A stretch of DNA of 64,000 nt from Saprospiraceae bacterium (lineage in GTDB: Bacteria; Bacteroidota; Bacteroidia; Chitinophagales; Saprospiraceae), in the NCBI GenBank assembly GCA_045110575.1, contig JBGCGF010000017.1:9445-73444 (forward strand). Reading direction: 5' to 3'. Below the pieces are notes generated by a model, which ran no database searches, was not told the origin of the DNA, and worked only from the letters and a program-made list of their open reading frames with translations. The stretch's first letter is position 1; every line of letters begins with the position of its first letter. Position numbers and translations under genes: made by a program. Positions 7,954 through 16,620 of this stretch are shown piece after piece.

Positions 7954-9954
7954 ATGCAATCAAATACAGATAACAAATTATACTACTTGATTTTAGCACT
8001 TATCCTAACCTCAGCAGTACAAGCTCAATACTCAGCTGAGTTCCTGCAGATACTCGATCAAGAACCGACAACAACTTCTCTACGGAATAACGCACCAGAT
8101 ACTGCGCTTTCGACGATACTTCTCGACACTTTATACTACGAAGACTTCAGTGACGGCGATGCCGGTTGGACTTATGTCAATACGAATCCAGATAGCTTTG
8201 CCGTATGGAGGTACGAAACTGATCCTGAAATCTACCCAACGGTACATTGCAGATACCCAAACTTTGAGTCTCCATCAGCTCAGAATGGTTTTATGTGGTT
8301 CGACTACCTAAAGTTCCTTGATGATACAGACACAAATATTGGGCAGCCTCCCTATCCTCACCTGATCGGCAGTCTAACAAGCCCTTTGCTCGATTGGTCA
8401 GCTTTTGAAACTGACAAACCCCATGAACTTCAGTTCTTCAGTTTTCAGCCCACATTTGACATCAGAAATAGTAGAGTCGAAATACGTTGTCCTGGTTTGG
8501 CAGATGCCGTTGTGTGGTCATCAATCGATGAACGGATCCGGCCAAATGCCACCGTACTGCGAAATGAGCAGGTTAGGATTCCAGAACGATTTATTGGCCA
8601 AGACAGTGTTCAAATTGTCTTTGTATACGACGGCGATTTCTATGGATGGATTATTGATGATATTGTTGTTTCCAAGCTTCCTGCAATAGAGCTGCAAACG
8701 AATCTGTCTATCGGAATAGCGCCGAACTACAGTACTCCTGCAATATTTGCCGCAGGTACATCCATGCCGTTTATTGCAGATATTCAAAACAATGGATTTA
8801 TAACATCAAACATTCAGCTTGCTATTACAATTGCTGACAGCAACGACACTGTTATCTACACAGATACACTTCTTTATGCTGGATTAGCTCTAGACTCAAT
8901 TGCTGAAAATCTAGTCTTCCCAACTACGGTTCCAATGCCTACCACTATAGGCAACTATACTGGAACCTACGAGATTTTTACTGATCGTATCAACGAGGAT
9001 AGTGAACCTGAAAACAACGCCCAGAGCTTTACTTTCAATATCACTAATAGAATTTTTTCCAAAGGCACATTCTGGAGCGGTGTTCGTCCAGCAGGAGGAG
9101 ACATAGAATACGCATTTACTAACCTTTACTACACCCCAAATTTATTAGCTGATAGTTTACTTCGTATTGATTCCGTAAGCTTTGGGGTGTTCGCACAAAG
9201 GTTCCTTGGTGATGATGAAGCAACTGTCGTCTTAAAAACATATGGCTTTCGTGGAGATATAAACGGAGACAACATAGCACAGTATGGTGACGTCGATAAT
9301 ACTAACGCCGAATTGGTAGAGTTGGCAGCTAGGTCGTTCATTATCGATACAGCTCTCTCTGAGATTTCTTCTGGTACACCAGTCACTTATACCCCTTCAG
9401 ACGATGGTGCTGTTGTACTGGCTAATGATGCAAATTATGTGGGTTTCGGTGTAGCCATAACCTATACGCCAGGTCAAGGCGGCACAAATGATGACAACAT
9501 GTGTTTCCTAGGGAATACTGCTAACGATTACGCTGCCTTCACCCAAGCGGCAGCAGCAGCCGGTCTCCCAGATAGCTTATCCTCCATCCTAACAATAGGA
9601 GGAGTAGCGACCTATGGATTCTTTGAAGAATCCTCCCCCTTCATTCAAGCTGAAATTTCCTACGACATCGTGAATTCTGTCAATGAGTCATTAATGACTG
9701 AAGCGGCCTTCAGCATTCATCCAAACCCAGCAACTACTCAATTCGAGATCAACTTCAACTTCGGTGCTACTGCTGACGCTCAGTTTGAGATCATCAATGC
9801 GGTAGGACAGACAATCTCTGCATTCAACCGCGACGGTCTTACTTCAGGTGCTATCACGATCCCTACGCAAGGAATGAACAACGGTCTTTACTATGTGAAG
9901 GTCCGCACCAACGACGGTCAGACGGCTAGCCGTAAGCTTTTGCTGGCGAGGTAG
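7954..9954 (+). CDS. Secreted T9SS cargo protein, paralog 4 (666 aa; most divergent body)
   Basis: Same domain order. The body is only about half identical to paralogs 1-3 by eye, but the last ~80 aa are almost identical to paralog 2 (HPNPATTQFEINFNFGATADAQFEIINAVGQTISAFNRDGL...). Confidence 0.88.
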   Translation: MQSNTDNKLYYLILALILTSAVQAQYSAEFLQILDQEPTTTSLRNNAPDTALSTILLDTLYYEDFSDGDAGWTYVNTNPDSFAVWRYETDPEIYPTVHCRYPNFESPSAQNGFMWFDYLKFLDDTDTNIGQPPYPHLIGSLTSPLLDWSAFETDKPHELQFFSFQPTFDIRNSRVEIRCPGLADAVVWSSIDERIRPNATVLRNEQVRIPERFIGQDSVQIVFVYDGDFYGWIIDDIVVSKLPAIELQTNLSIGIAPNYSTPAIFAAGTSMPFIADIQNNGFITSNIQLAITIADSNDTVIYTDTLLYAGLALDSIAENLVFPTTVPMPTTIGNYTGTYEIFTDRINEDSEPENNAQSFTFNITNRIFSKGTFWSGVRPAGGDIEYAFTNLYYTPNLLADSLLRIDSVSFGVFAQRFLGDDEATVVLKTYGFRGDINGDNIAQYGDVDNTNAELVELAARSFIIDTALSEISSGTPVTYTPSDDGAVVLANDANYVGFGVAITYTPGQGGTNDDNMCFLGNTANDYAAFTQAAAAAGLPDSLSSILTIGGVATYGFFEESSPFIQAEISYDIVNSVNESLMTEAAFSIHPNPATTQFEINFNFGATADAQFEIINAVGQTISAFNRDGLTSGAITIPTQGMNNGLYYVKVRTNDGQTASRKLLLAR

Positions 9955-10203
9955 AACACGTGGAACCAGGCAATTTATAAATCGATCAGGTTCTGCGGCC
10001 TTTAGGACGCAACGTCTAGAAGACGCGCTAAAGCATGCGAAACTGGATCATGAATATCGAATTGAGTGCTCTAGCACCGACAATCTCGACTTTGCAAACG
10101 TCGCTTTCTGAGAATCCAGAGGCCTCTTTGCGGGCCAATACCTAAAGCTGATCGGCACCCCTAAAGGATGCGGAACCGGGTCGTTAAGAGCAAGGTTTGG
10201 CAT

Positions 10204-10241
10204 AAAAAAACCGTCATCCCCAATGAAGGAATGACGGTTTT
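10204..10241. terminator. Hairpin flanked by an A-tract and a T-tract; terminator for rplT (minus strand), possibly bidirectional
   Basis: AAAAAAA-CCGTCATCC..GGAATGACGG-TTTT. It lies 38 nt downstream of the rplT stop. Confidence 0.7.
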
Positions 10242-10278
10242 AAGTGCATCACGGAGGATGCGAGGTAGTCTGTTAAGA

Positions 10279-10626
10279 CTACTTCATAGTCGTCTTAACG
10301 ATGCTTTCGAACACTGTTGGGTGGTTCATAGCAAGGTCAGCGAGGACTTTACGGTTAAGACCGTTGCCCTTCTCAGAGAGAGCGTGCATTAGACGGCTGT
10401 ACGTTGTACCATGCTGGCGAGCGCCTGCATTGATACGTGCAATCCAGAGACGGCGGAAAGCACGTTTCTTGTTGCGACGGTCGCGGTATGCATACTGAAG
10501 GCCTTTCTCTACAGCGTTCTTGGCGACGGTGTAGACCTTGGATCGAGCACCGAAGTACCCTTTGGCCATCTTAAGAATCTTCTTACGGCGTGCACGTGAG
10601 GCAACGCGATTTGTTGCTCTAGGCAT
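10279..10626 (-). CDS. rplT: 50S ribosomal protein L20
   Basis: [67 protein letters not shown] is the canonical L20 sequence. Conserved infC-rpmI-rplT order. Confidence 0.97.
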   Translation of the reverse strand: MPRATNRVASRARRKKILKMAKGYFGARSKVYTVAKNAVEKGLQYAYRDRRNKKRAFRRLWIARINAGARQHGTTYSRLMHALSEKGNGLNRKVLADLAMNHPTVFESIVKTTMK

Positions 10627-10705
10627 TACAAATGATTTAGTTCGATGCAGGGCTGCGACGGTTGTCGACAGGCTTGTGATCCTACATCCTCGTTAAAACG
10701 GAGGT

Positions 10706-10900
10706 TTACTTGCAGAGAAGGCGCTTGAGGCGCGGTGTGTCTGCGACACTAGCTGTGGTAGAACCCTGGAGGTTATTCTTTTGCTTCTTGGTCTTATTAC
10801 GCATCATGTGAGACGTATAAGCCTGAAAGCGCTTAACCTTACCTGATCCAGTCAGCTTGAAGCGCTTCTTCGCGCTTGAGTGCGTTTTCATCTTTGGCAT
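10706..10900 (-). CDS. rpmI: 50S ribosomal protein L35
   Basis: [33 protein letters not shown] is the canonical L35 sequence. The ATG at 10900 is preferred over the 12-codon upstream extension in the ORF track. Confidence 0.93.
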   Translation of the reverse strand: MPKMKTHSSAKKRFKLTGSGKVKRFQAYTSHMMRNKTKKQKNNLQGSTTASVADTPRLKRLLCK

Positions 10901-11041
10901 AACAGTACCCTTTAAGGAGCCGCAAAGATAGGACATTTTTCCATTGCTTATCCAACAAAATTGAACAAGTCTTAGGATTGCAAATAGTACTGCGGCAAAA
11001 GCACTATTTAGTCGTTGGTCAAACGTAGGTATTACAATAGC

Positions 11042-11075
11042 AAAACGCCCTTAGGGGTTGACCTAAAGGCGTTTT
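11042..11075 (-). terminator. Strong hairpin with U-tract between infC and rpmI (terminator or attenuator)
   Basis: On the minus strand it reads AAAACGCCTTTAGG-TCAA-CCCCTAAGGGCGTTTTG. It starts 17 nt after the infC stop, inside a 190-nt infC-rpmI spacer. Confidence 0.6.
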
Positions 11076-11091
11076 AACAAGGATGTAAATC

Positions 11092-11688
11092 CTACTTCTT
11101 CTTAAGAGGAGCGATGATCACGTTCATGCGTCGTCCCTCCATTTTTGGAAGTTCCTCAGCTGCACCGAGGTCGGCAAGTTCGTTGATAAACTTGAGGAGA
11201 AGAAGCTCTCCACGGTCCTTAAATACAATTGCACGACCACGGAAGTGGACATATGCTTTGATTTTAGAGCCCTCTTCAAGGAAGCCACGTGCGTGACGAA
11301 GCTTGAAGTCAAAGTCATGATCATCGGTGTTTGGACCGAATCGAATCTCTTTGATGACTGTCTTAACAGCCTTCGCTTTGATTTCTTTTTCTTTCTTCTT
11401 TTGGTCGTAAATGAACTTAGAGTAGTCCATGATACGACACACTGGAGGTTCAGCTTTTGCACTGATCTCAACTAAGTCTGATCCTATTTCACGGGCCCAA
11501 TGCTTCACATCACGCGTGTCATAGACTCCAGTTTCAATAGTCTTTCCCGCGATTTCACTGATCTCTTCCAAGTTGTCTCCTACAAGGCGAACCTCTGGAA
11601 CTCGGATGAAATCGTTAATACGGTGTTTGGGTTCGTCCCGGCGGGGCATCGGCTTTCTACGGCGGCCTCCTGATCTTCTTCTTGCCAA
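11092..11688 (-). CDS. infC: Translation initiation factor IF-3
   Basis: HRINDFIRVPEVRLVGDN...VCRIMDYSKFIYDQKKKEKE...KEIRFGPNTDDHDFDFKLRHARGFLEEGSKIKAYVHFRGR is typical IF-3. The longest ORF begins at a TTG (11688) with an in-frame TAA five codons upstream. The first ATG is at 11649. Confidence 0.93.
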   Translation of the reverse strand: MARRRSGGRRRKPMPRRDEPKHRINDFIRVPEVRLVGDNLEEISEIAGKTIETGVYDTRDVKHWAREIGSDLVEISAKAEPPVCRIMDYSKFIYDQKKKEKEIKAKAVKTVIKEIRFGPNTDDHDFDFKLRHARGFLEEGSKIKAYVHFRGRAIVFKDRGELLLLKFINELADLGAAEELPKMEGRRMNVIIAPLKKK

Positions 11689-11901
11689 ATGAGTGTGGGT
11701 TTGTTAAATATGAATGGGCTGCGTGGCTAGCAAGCCCATCGTTGCGGTAAATGTAGACGCTACGAACTTGGTGGAGAAGTCGTATTCCCCGAAATTCGAG
11801 CTATTCTGTTAATAAACACACTTCTACGTACGAAAATGTGCGTTTTTCTGCACTCGAGGTCCAATTTCGCTTCAACTCTTGGACGTGTAGAGCACATTTT
11901 C

Positions 11902-11948
11902 TAAAATAAGAACAGCGCACCCTCGAACCATTGTTCAAAGATGCGCTG
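11902..11948 (-). terminator. Candidate clpC terminator
   Basis: On the minus strand: CAGCGCA..(GAACAATGGTTC inner palindrome)..TGCGCTG followed by TTCTTATTTT. It lies about 80 nt downstream of the clpC stop. Confidence 0.35.
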
Positions 11949-12025
11949 CTCAATAGATGTGGTAATGCGTGTTTTGGCGAAAGCTGGATGAATAGCTAAG
12001 CCCCTTCACGCACTCCACATGAGTA

Positions 12026-14575
12026 CTATTTCGATTTCACCGGATCGGCTGATCTAACAATGAGACCATCCTTTTCTTCATTCATTACGGCATCAAAAAT
12101 GGCGCCTTCTCCAGGGTTATTCTGAAGAATGAACTCAGCGAGTGGATCCTCGATGTATTTCTGAATCGCGCGGTGCAACGGACGTGCACCATACTGCGGA
12201 TCGTAGCCTTTCTCAGCAACAAAGTTCTTCGCCTCGTCTGTTAGATTGAGGGTGTATCCCATTCCTTCTAGACGCTTGTAAAGGTCCTTGAGCGTGATGT
12301 CGATGATCTTGAAAATCTCATCTTGACTTAGCGAGTTGAAGATTACAACATCATCAATACGATTCAGGAACTCTGGAGAGAAGGTTTTTTTCAATGCTGC
12401 AGAAATAACCGCTCGGCTATCTCCACTAGCGTTCTCTACCCTACTCTTCGTTGCAAATCCAACGCCCTGACCGAAGTCCTTGAGCTGACGTACACCGATG
12501 TTAGAGGTCATGATGATCAAGGTGTTCTTGAAGTCAACCTTGCGACCGAGGCCGTCTGTAAGTTGACCATCATCGAGCACTTGAAGCAGAATGTTGAACA
12601 CATCCGGGTGTGCCTTCTCAATCTCGTCGAGGAGAACAACACTGTACGGCTTGCGACGCACCTTCTCTGTCAACTGTCCACCTTCTTCGTATCCTACGTA
12701 TCCCGGAGGCGCTCCGATGAGGCGACTCACCGTGAACTTCTCCATGTACTCAGACATGTCGATACGGATGAGTGAATCATCAGAATCGAAGATGTAGCGA
12801 GCAAGAGACTTGGCAAGCTCTGTCTTACCGACACCCGTTGGACCTAGGAAGATGAACGAACCAATTGGCTTGCTCGGATCTTTCAGGCCAACGCGATTAC
12901 GCTGAATAGCCTTTGTGATCTTACCGATCGCCTCATCTTGACCGATAACGGCCCCTTTGAGGTCCTCGCCCATGTTGACAAGCTTTGCAGACTCCTTCTG
13001 AGCAACACGTGAAACTGGAATTCCAGTCATCATCGCGACTACTTCAGCGATATCTTCAACAGTAACTGGGTAGCGTTTGGTTTTCACCTCTTCTTCCCAC
13101 TCTACTTTGGCGAATTCAAGCTGGCGAACCAACTTAGACTCATCATCACGTAGATCTGCAGCCTGCTCATACTGCTGTTCCTTGACAGCCGTATTCTTCT
13201 TGACCTTTACTTCTTCTATTTGCAGCTCAAGCTCTTCGATGTGCTTTGGCACATGAATATTCTTGAGGTGTACACGAGCACCAACCTCGTCAAGGACATC
13301 AATAGCCTTGTCTGGAAGGAATCGATCGCTGATATAGCGATCAGACATCATTACACAAGCCTTCACCGACTCTTCATCGTATGAAACGTTGTGAAACTCC
13401 TCGTACTTCCCACGGATGTTGTGTAGGATGTGCACTGCATCTTCAGGGCTTGGTGGCTCAATGAGTACCTTTTGGAACCTTCGATCAAGTGCACCGTCTT
13501 TTTCAATGTGTTGACGGTACTCGTCCAACGTTGAAGCTCCAATACATTGTAGCTCACCCCTTGCGAGGGCTGGTTTGAAAATATTAGAAGCATCGAGTGA
13601 ACCGGTAGCTCCACCAGCACCTACAATGGTGTGGATCTCATCAATGAATAGGATAACGTCTCGCGTTTTCTCCAACTCATTCATGATTGCTTTCATGCGC
13701 TCCTCGAACTGACCACGATACTTGGTACCTGCAACAAGTGCTGCAAGGTCAAGCATTACGATCCGCTTATTGAATAGCGTACGACTAACTTTCTTCTGTG
13801 TGATTCTAAGTGCAAGACCTTCAGCAATTGCTGTTTTACCCACACCAGGCTCACCGATAAGAATCGGGTTGTTCTTTTTACGTCGACTAAGAATTTGGCT
13901 AACACGCTCAATCTCAGTCTCGCGACCAATGATTGGATCAAGCTTTCCGTCTTCGGCTAGCTTCGTGATGTCACGACCGAAATTGTCGAGAACTGGAGTT
14001 TTGCTTTTGTTGGCTCCACGACCGCGCTGACCGCGACCTGAACCTCCGCCACCGGTTGCTCCTTCTTCTTCATCAAACTCTTCTGCATCACCGCTCGCCT
14101 GGGCGAATGGTTCCGCAAAGCCGTCAGCTTCCATAGCAGCGTACTCTACTTCTTTCTTGTAAGAATCGTAATCGATGTCGTAGCGATTTAAAATGCGTCT
14201 AGCTGGATTGTCATCCAACTTTAGAAGAGAAAGCAACAAGTGCTCAAGGTTGATTTCTTCCGCTCCAGAACTCTGGGCTTCGAGGAAAGTCAACTTCAGT
14301 ACGCGTTCGGCCAGACGATTGAGCGGGAGTTCTCCCATCTTCAATGCTTCGGCACTACTTGGCGTTCTTGAAATGCTATTTTCTACGGACTTGCGTAGCT
14401 CACCGAGATCGGGGACCATGCTCGTTAGAACCTTAACGGCCAGGCTGTTGCGCTCTTGCACAAGACCTAACAGTAGATGCTCTGTTCCTATATAATCGTG
14501 CCCCAGACGAATAGCCTCACTGCGCGAGCGCGCAATTGACTTCTTGACCTCGGGCGAAAACCTTCTGCTGTTCAT
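12026..14575 (-). CDS. clpC: ATP-dependent Clp protease ATP-binding subunit ClpC (class I AAA+ chaperone)
   Basis: Clp_N repeats ([10 protein letters not shown]; [10 protein letters not shown]). Two Walker A sites ([18 protein letters not shown]). Short UVR-like middle motif ([15 protein letters not shown]). VGF ClpP-docking loop (GQGVGFAT). Confidence 0.93.
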   Translation of the reverse strand: MNSRRFSPEVKKSIARSRSEAIRLGHDYIGTEHLLLGLVQERNSLAVKVLTSMVPDLGELRKSVENSISRTPSSAEALKMGELPLNRLAERVLKLTFLEAQSSGAEEINLEHLLLSLLKLDDNPARRILNRYDIDYDSYKKEVEYAAMEADGFAEPFAQASGDAEEFDEEEGATGGGGSGRGQRGRGANKSKTPVLDNFGRDITKLAEDGKLDPIIGRETEIERVSQILSRRKKNNPILIGEPGVGKTAIAEGLALRITQKKVSRTLFNKRIVMLDLAALVAGTKYRGQFEERMKAIMNELEKTRDVILFIDEIHTIVGAGGATGSLDASNIFKPALARGELQCIGASTLDEYRQHIEKDGALDRRFQKVLIEPPSPEDAVHILHNIRGKYEEFHNVSYDEESVKACVMMSDRYISDRFLPDKAIDVLDEVGARVHLKNIHVPKHIEELELQIEEVKVKKNTAVKEQQYEQAADLRDDESKLVRQLEFAKVEWEEEVKTKRYPVTVEDIAEVVAMMTGIPVSRVAQKESAKLVNMGEDLKGAVIGQDEAIGKITKAIQRNRVGLKDPSKPIGSFIFLGPTGVGKTELAKSLARYIFDSDDSLIRIDMSEYMEKFTVSRLIGAPPGYVGYEEGGQLTEKVRRKPYSVVLLDEIEKAHPDVFNILLQVLDDGQLTDGLGRKVDFKNTLIIMTSNIGVRQLKDFGQGVGFATKSRVENASGDSRAVISAALKKTFSPEFLNRIDDVVIFNSLSQDEIFKIIDITLKDLYKRLEGMGYTLNLTDEAKNFVAEKGYDPQYGARPLHRAIQKYIEDPLAEFILQNNPGEGAIFDAVMNEEKDGLIVRSADPVKSK

Positions 14576-14666
14576 AGGCGATATTGCTGTTGCGAAACTA
14601 CCCTTTTTATGGGTCTCTCACGGGGATTTTGTCGAGAGTTACCCCGACGTGAGCCAAACTAGGAGG

Positions 14667-14696
14667 AAAAAGTATGCCACCCTTGATTTTTGACAA
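14667..14696 (-). promoter_or_regulatory. Candidate Bacteroidota-type promoter for clpC
   Basis: The minus strand reads TTG-N19-TACTTTTT (consensus TTG-N19-TAnnTTTG, one mismatch). The -7 box ends about 90 nt upstream of the clpC ATG. Confidence 0.4.
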
Positions 14697-15134
14697 ATTT
14701 CTGGTGCCTTTCGGCCCCTCTGTCAGAAAATACTTAGGAAGAACTGACAAAAAGACGAACATTTTCATCTTCACCCGTCAATACGGCAGTCTCCTCGAAA
14801 ACCTCTTGATCTGTTTTTAAGCACAAGAGCTTCTACTAGTTATTTAATAACTTTTACAACGTTCGGGTTCACCTGAGGTTGCTCACATTCCTGTTATGAA
14901 GAACATAAACTTACATTTTAAAAATCTACCTATTTGTACTACGCCCGCCAACAAACATGTTGCGTAGCTACTCCTCTAGTCAACCTCCAACACGATATTT
15001 GGACACAAACCAACCATATCCCCCAAGGTCAATTATAGGCTCGAAGCCTTAAATTACTGGCGATGAGCGTCTTCTTAGTTTGACCTTGAGTTTACCTCCG
15101 TTTGTTCTTTATTTGCAGACCTAATAAGAACCCC

Positions 15135-15509
15135 ATGAAATACTCCGTTGACAAGCAAGAGCGACACACCGTTTTCACTGTACAAGAAGGCAATCTCAAT
15201 TCAGTTGTTGCACCTGAACTAAAGAGTGAATTCGTACTTCTCGCAAACGAAGGCGTACAAAACTTGATCGTTGACCTTTCTCCTGTCGAGTATATCGACT
15301 CTTCAGGACTGAGCTCAATTCTCACGGCCAATCGTCTGTGGAAAGACCTTGGATCTTTCATCCTTACTGGTGAAATGCAACCAAACGTCAAGCGCTTGAT
15401 CAGTATGAGTCGCCTTGACTCTGTGCTCACAATCATTCCTACAGTAGCAGAAAGCGTAGACTTTGCTTACATGGAAGAGCTTCAGCGCGACCTGACGAAA
15501 GAAGACTAA
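15135..15509 (+). CDS. STAS-domain protein (anti-sigma-factor-antagonist family)
   Basis: LIVDLSPVEYIDSSGLSSILTANR is the STAS/SpoIIAA-like core with the conserved Ser. The ATG at 15135 is preferred over the TTG at 15102 in the ORF track. Confidence 0.8.
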   Translation: MKYSVDKQERHTVFTVQEGNLNSVVAPELKSEFVLLANEGVQNLIVDLSPVEYIDSSGLSSILTANRLWKDLGSFILTGEMQPNVKRLISMSRLDSVLTIIPTVAESVDFAYMEELQRDLTKED

Positions 15510-15513
15510 TTAC

Positions 15514-16407
15514 TTGATTCCACTTGAAGCCCACATACTAGGAAGCTCAGCTGCACGGCCTTATATCGATCGTGGCACGAGTTCCTTGTATGTGCAGGCT
15601 GGTGGCTCAAGGGTGCTTATCGACTGCGGTGAAGGAACCCAAGTTGAAATCGATAGACAAGGTCTATCTGCACAAAAGCTAGATGCAGTTTGCATTACGC
15701 ACATGCACGGCGACCACCTTTTCGGTCTCCCAGGTCTGCTCACTTCCCTTGCCCTCGGAACTAGGACCAAACCGCTGACCCTTATTGGGCCCGAGTCGCT
15801 CGAAGCTTATTTGAACGAAACCTTCAAGTACAGCCAATCGCACCTCACGTTCGATCTGAACTTCGTAGCGCTAGATTTTGAAGGTCCGCAGCGAGACATT
15901 TTTGAACTGCGGGATTTATCGATCCATTCGATTCCGCTGATCCACCGAATTCCCACTTGCGGCTTTGTGATCGAGCAAAAAGGCACTGGACTGCCACTAA
16001 AGGCAGGCGTAATCGATGAATTTAGAATCCCATATCGCCTGATCGAATCGATTAAGCACGGAGAGGACTTTGTAAACAAGAAAGGTGTTCGGATCCCAAA
16101 TGCAAAATTAACGGATCCCGCACCTCCGCCTACTCCCCTAGCCTACCTGACGGACACTGCACCAATTTCGAGTTATCCATCAGGATGGACTCCCCCGTCT
16201 GTGCTCTTTCACGACGCGACTTTTTCAGGAGCAGATCAGGCGTTGGCCAAAAAGACAGGGCACTCTACAGTGCTTGAAGCAGCAGCTTTCGCCAAAACCT
16301 GCCAAGCGGAGGAATTGATCCTTACACATATCTCTGTTCGCTATGGTGACCGAGAAGCTTTGCTTAAGGAAGCGCAATCAGCTTTCGCCAAAACGCGACT
16401 CGCGTAA
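15514..16407 (+). CDS. rnz: Ribonuclease Z (metallo-beta-lactamase fold)
   Basis: LIDCGEGTQ...ITHMHGDHLFGLPGLLTS is the HxHxDH motif in RNase Z context. The ORF begins at a TTG, 4 nt after the STAS stop, so the start is uncertain. Confidence 0.85.
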   Translation: MIPLEAHILGSSAARPYIDRGTSSLYVQAGGSRVLIDCGEGTQVEIDRQGLSAQKLDAVCITHMHGDHLFGLPGLLTSLALGTRTKPLTLIGPESLEAYLNETFKYSQSHLTFDLNFVALDFEGPQRDIFELRDLSIHSIPLIHRIPTCGFVIEQKGTGLPLKAGVIDEFRIPYRLIESIKHGEDFVNKKGVRIPNAKLTDPAPPPTPLAYLTDTAPISSYPSGWTPPSVLFHDATFSGADQALAKKTGHSTVLEAAAFAKTCQAEELILTHISVRYGDREALLKEAQSAFAKTRLA

Positions 16408-16620
16408 AACAGATAATTGGGAGCAATCAGGCTCTCCCGCGCAAACCCATACTGTTCGGTGCTCAAAAGCTGCAAATTTCGGCCACGCTATAGAACGTAT
16501 TAGACTTTTCAGGTATAGATTTTGCCTCAATCCAGTTGGAGAGATATACGACCGAGGACTAACATGTTCCTACCCTGACGCTTAATCCCCTAAGTATCAA
16601 GGTTTAATGTAATACGGTAG

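Larger units (their letters stand above)
1561..9954 (+). repeat. Tandem gene array, four ~2.13 kb units (start-to-start 2131, 2141 and 2121 nt)
   Basis: Direct comparison of the four ORFs and their 3' flanks. The partial upstream gene (1-1412) is a fifth, more distant member. Confidence 0.9.

Noticed and set aside
9955-10203. Possible degenerate fifth repeat unit or small gene after paralog 4
   Set aside because: Only a short fragment (GGATGCGGAAC) matches the inter-paralog spacer. There is no ORF and no CTD-like coding remnant. It is treated as decayed spacer.
10168-10626. Plus-strand ORFs of 62-74 aa overlapping rplT
   Set aside because: They are antisense shadows of a highly conserved ribosomal protein gene.
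12563-14495. Several 61-102 aa ORFs overlapping clpC, antisense or in other frames
   Set aside because: All are nested within a strongly supported AAA+ gene. They have Ser/Arg/Leu-rich compositions typical of antisense frames.
16343-16585. 80 aa ORF bridging the rnz 3' end and the spacer upstream of the giant gene
   Set aside because: It overlaps rnz out of frame, has no motifs, and has a composition typical of non-coding spacer translation.
16408-16620. Promoter for the giant gene (TAGATTTTG near 16517)
   Set aside because: The candidate has one extra T relative to TAnnTTTG and no TTG at the expected -33 distance. That is too weak to annotate.
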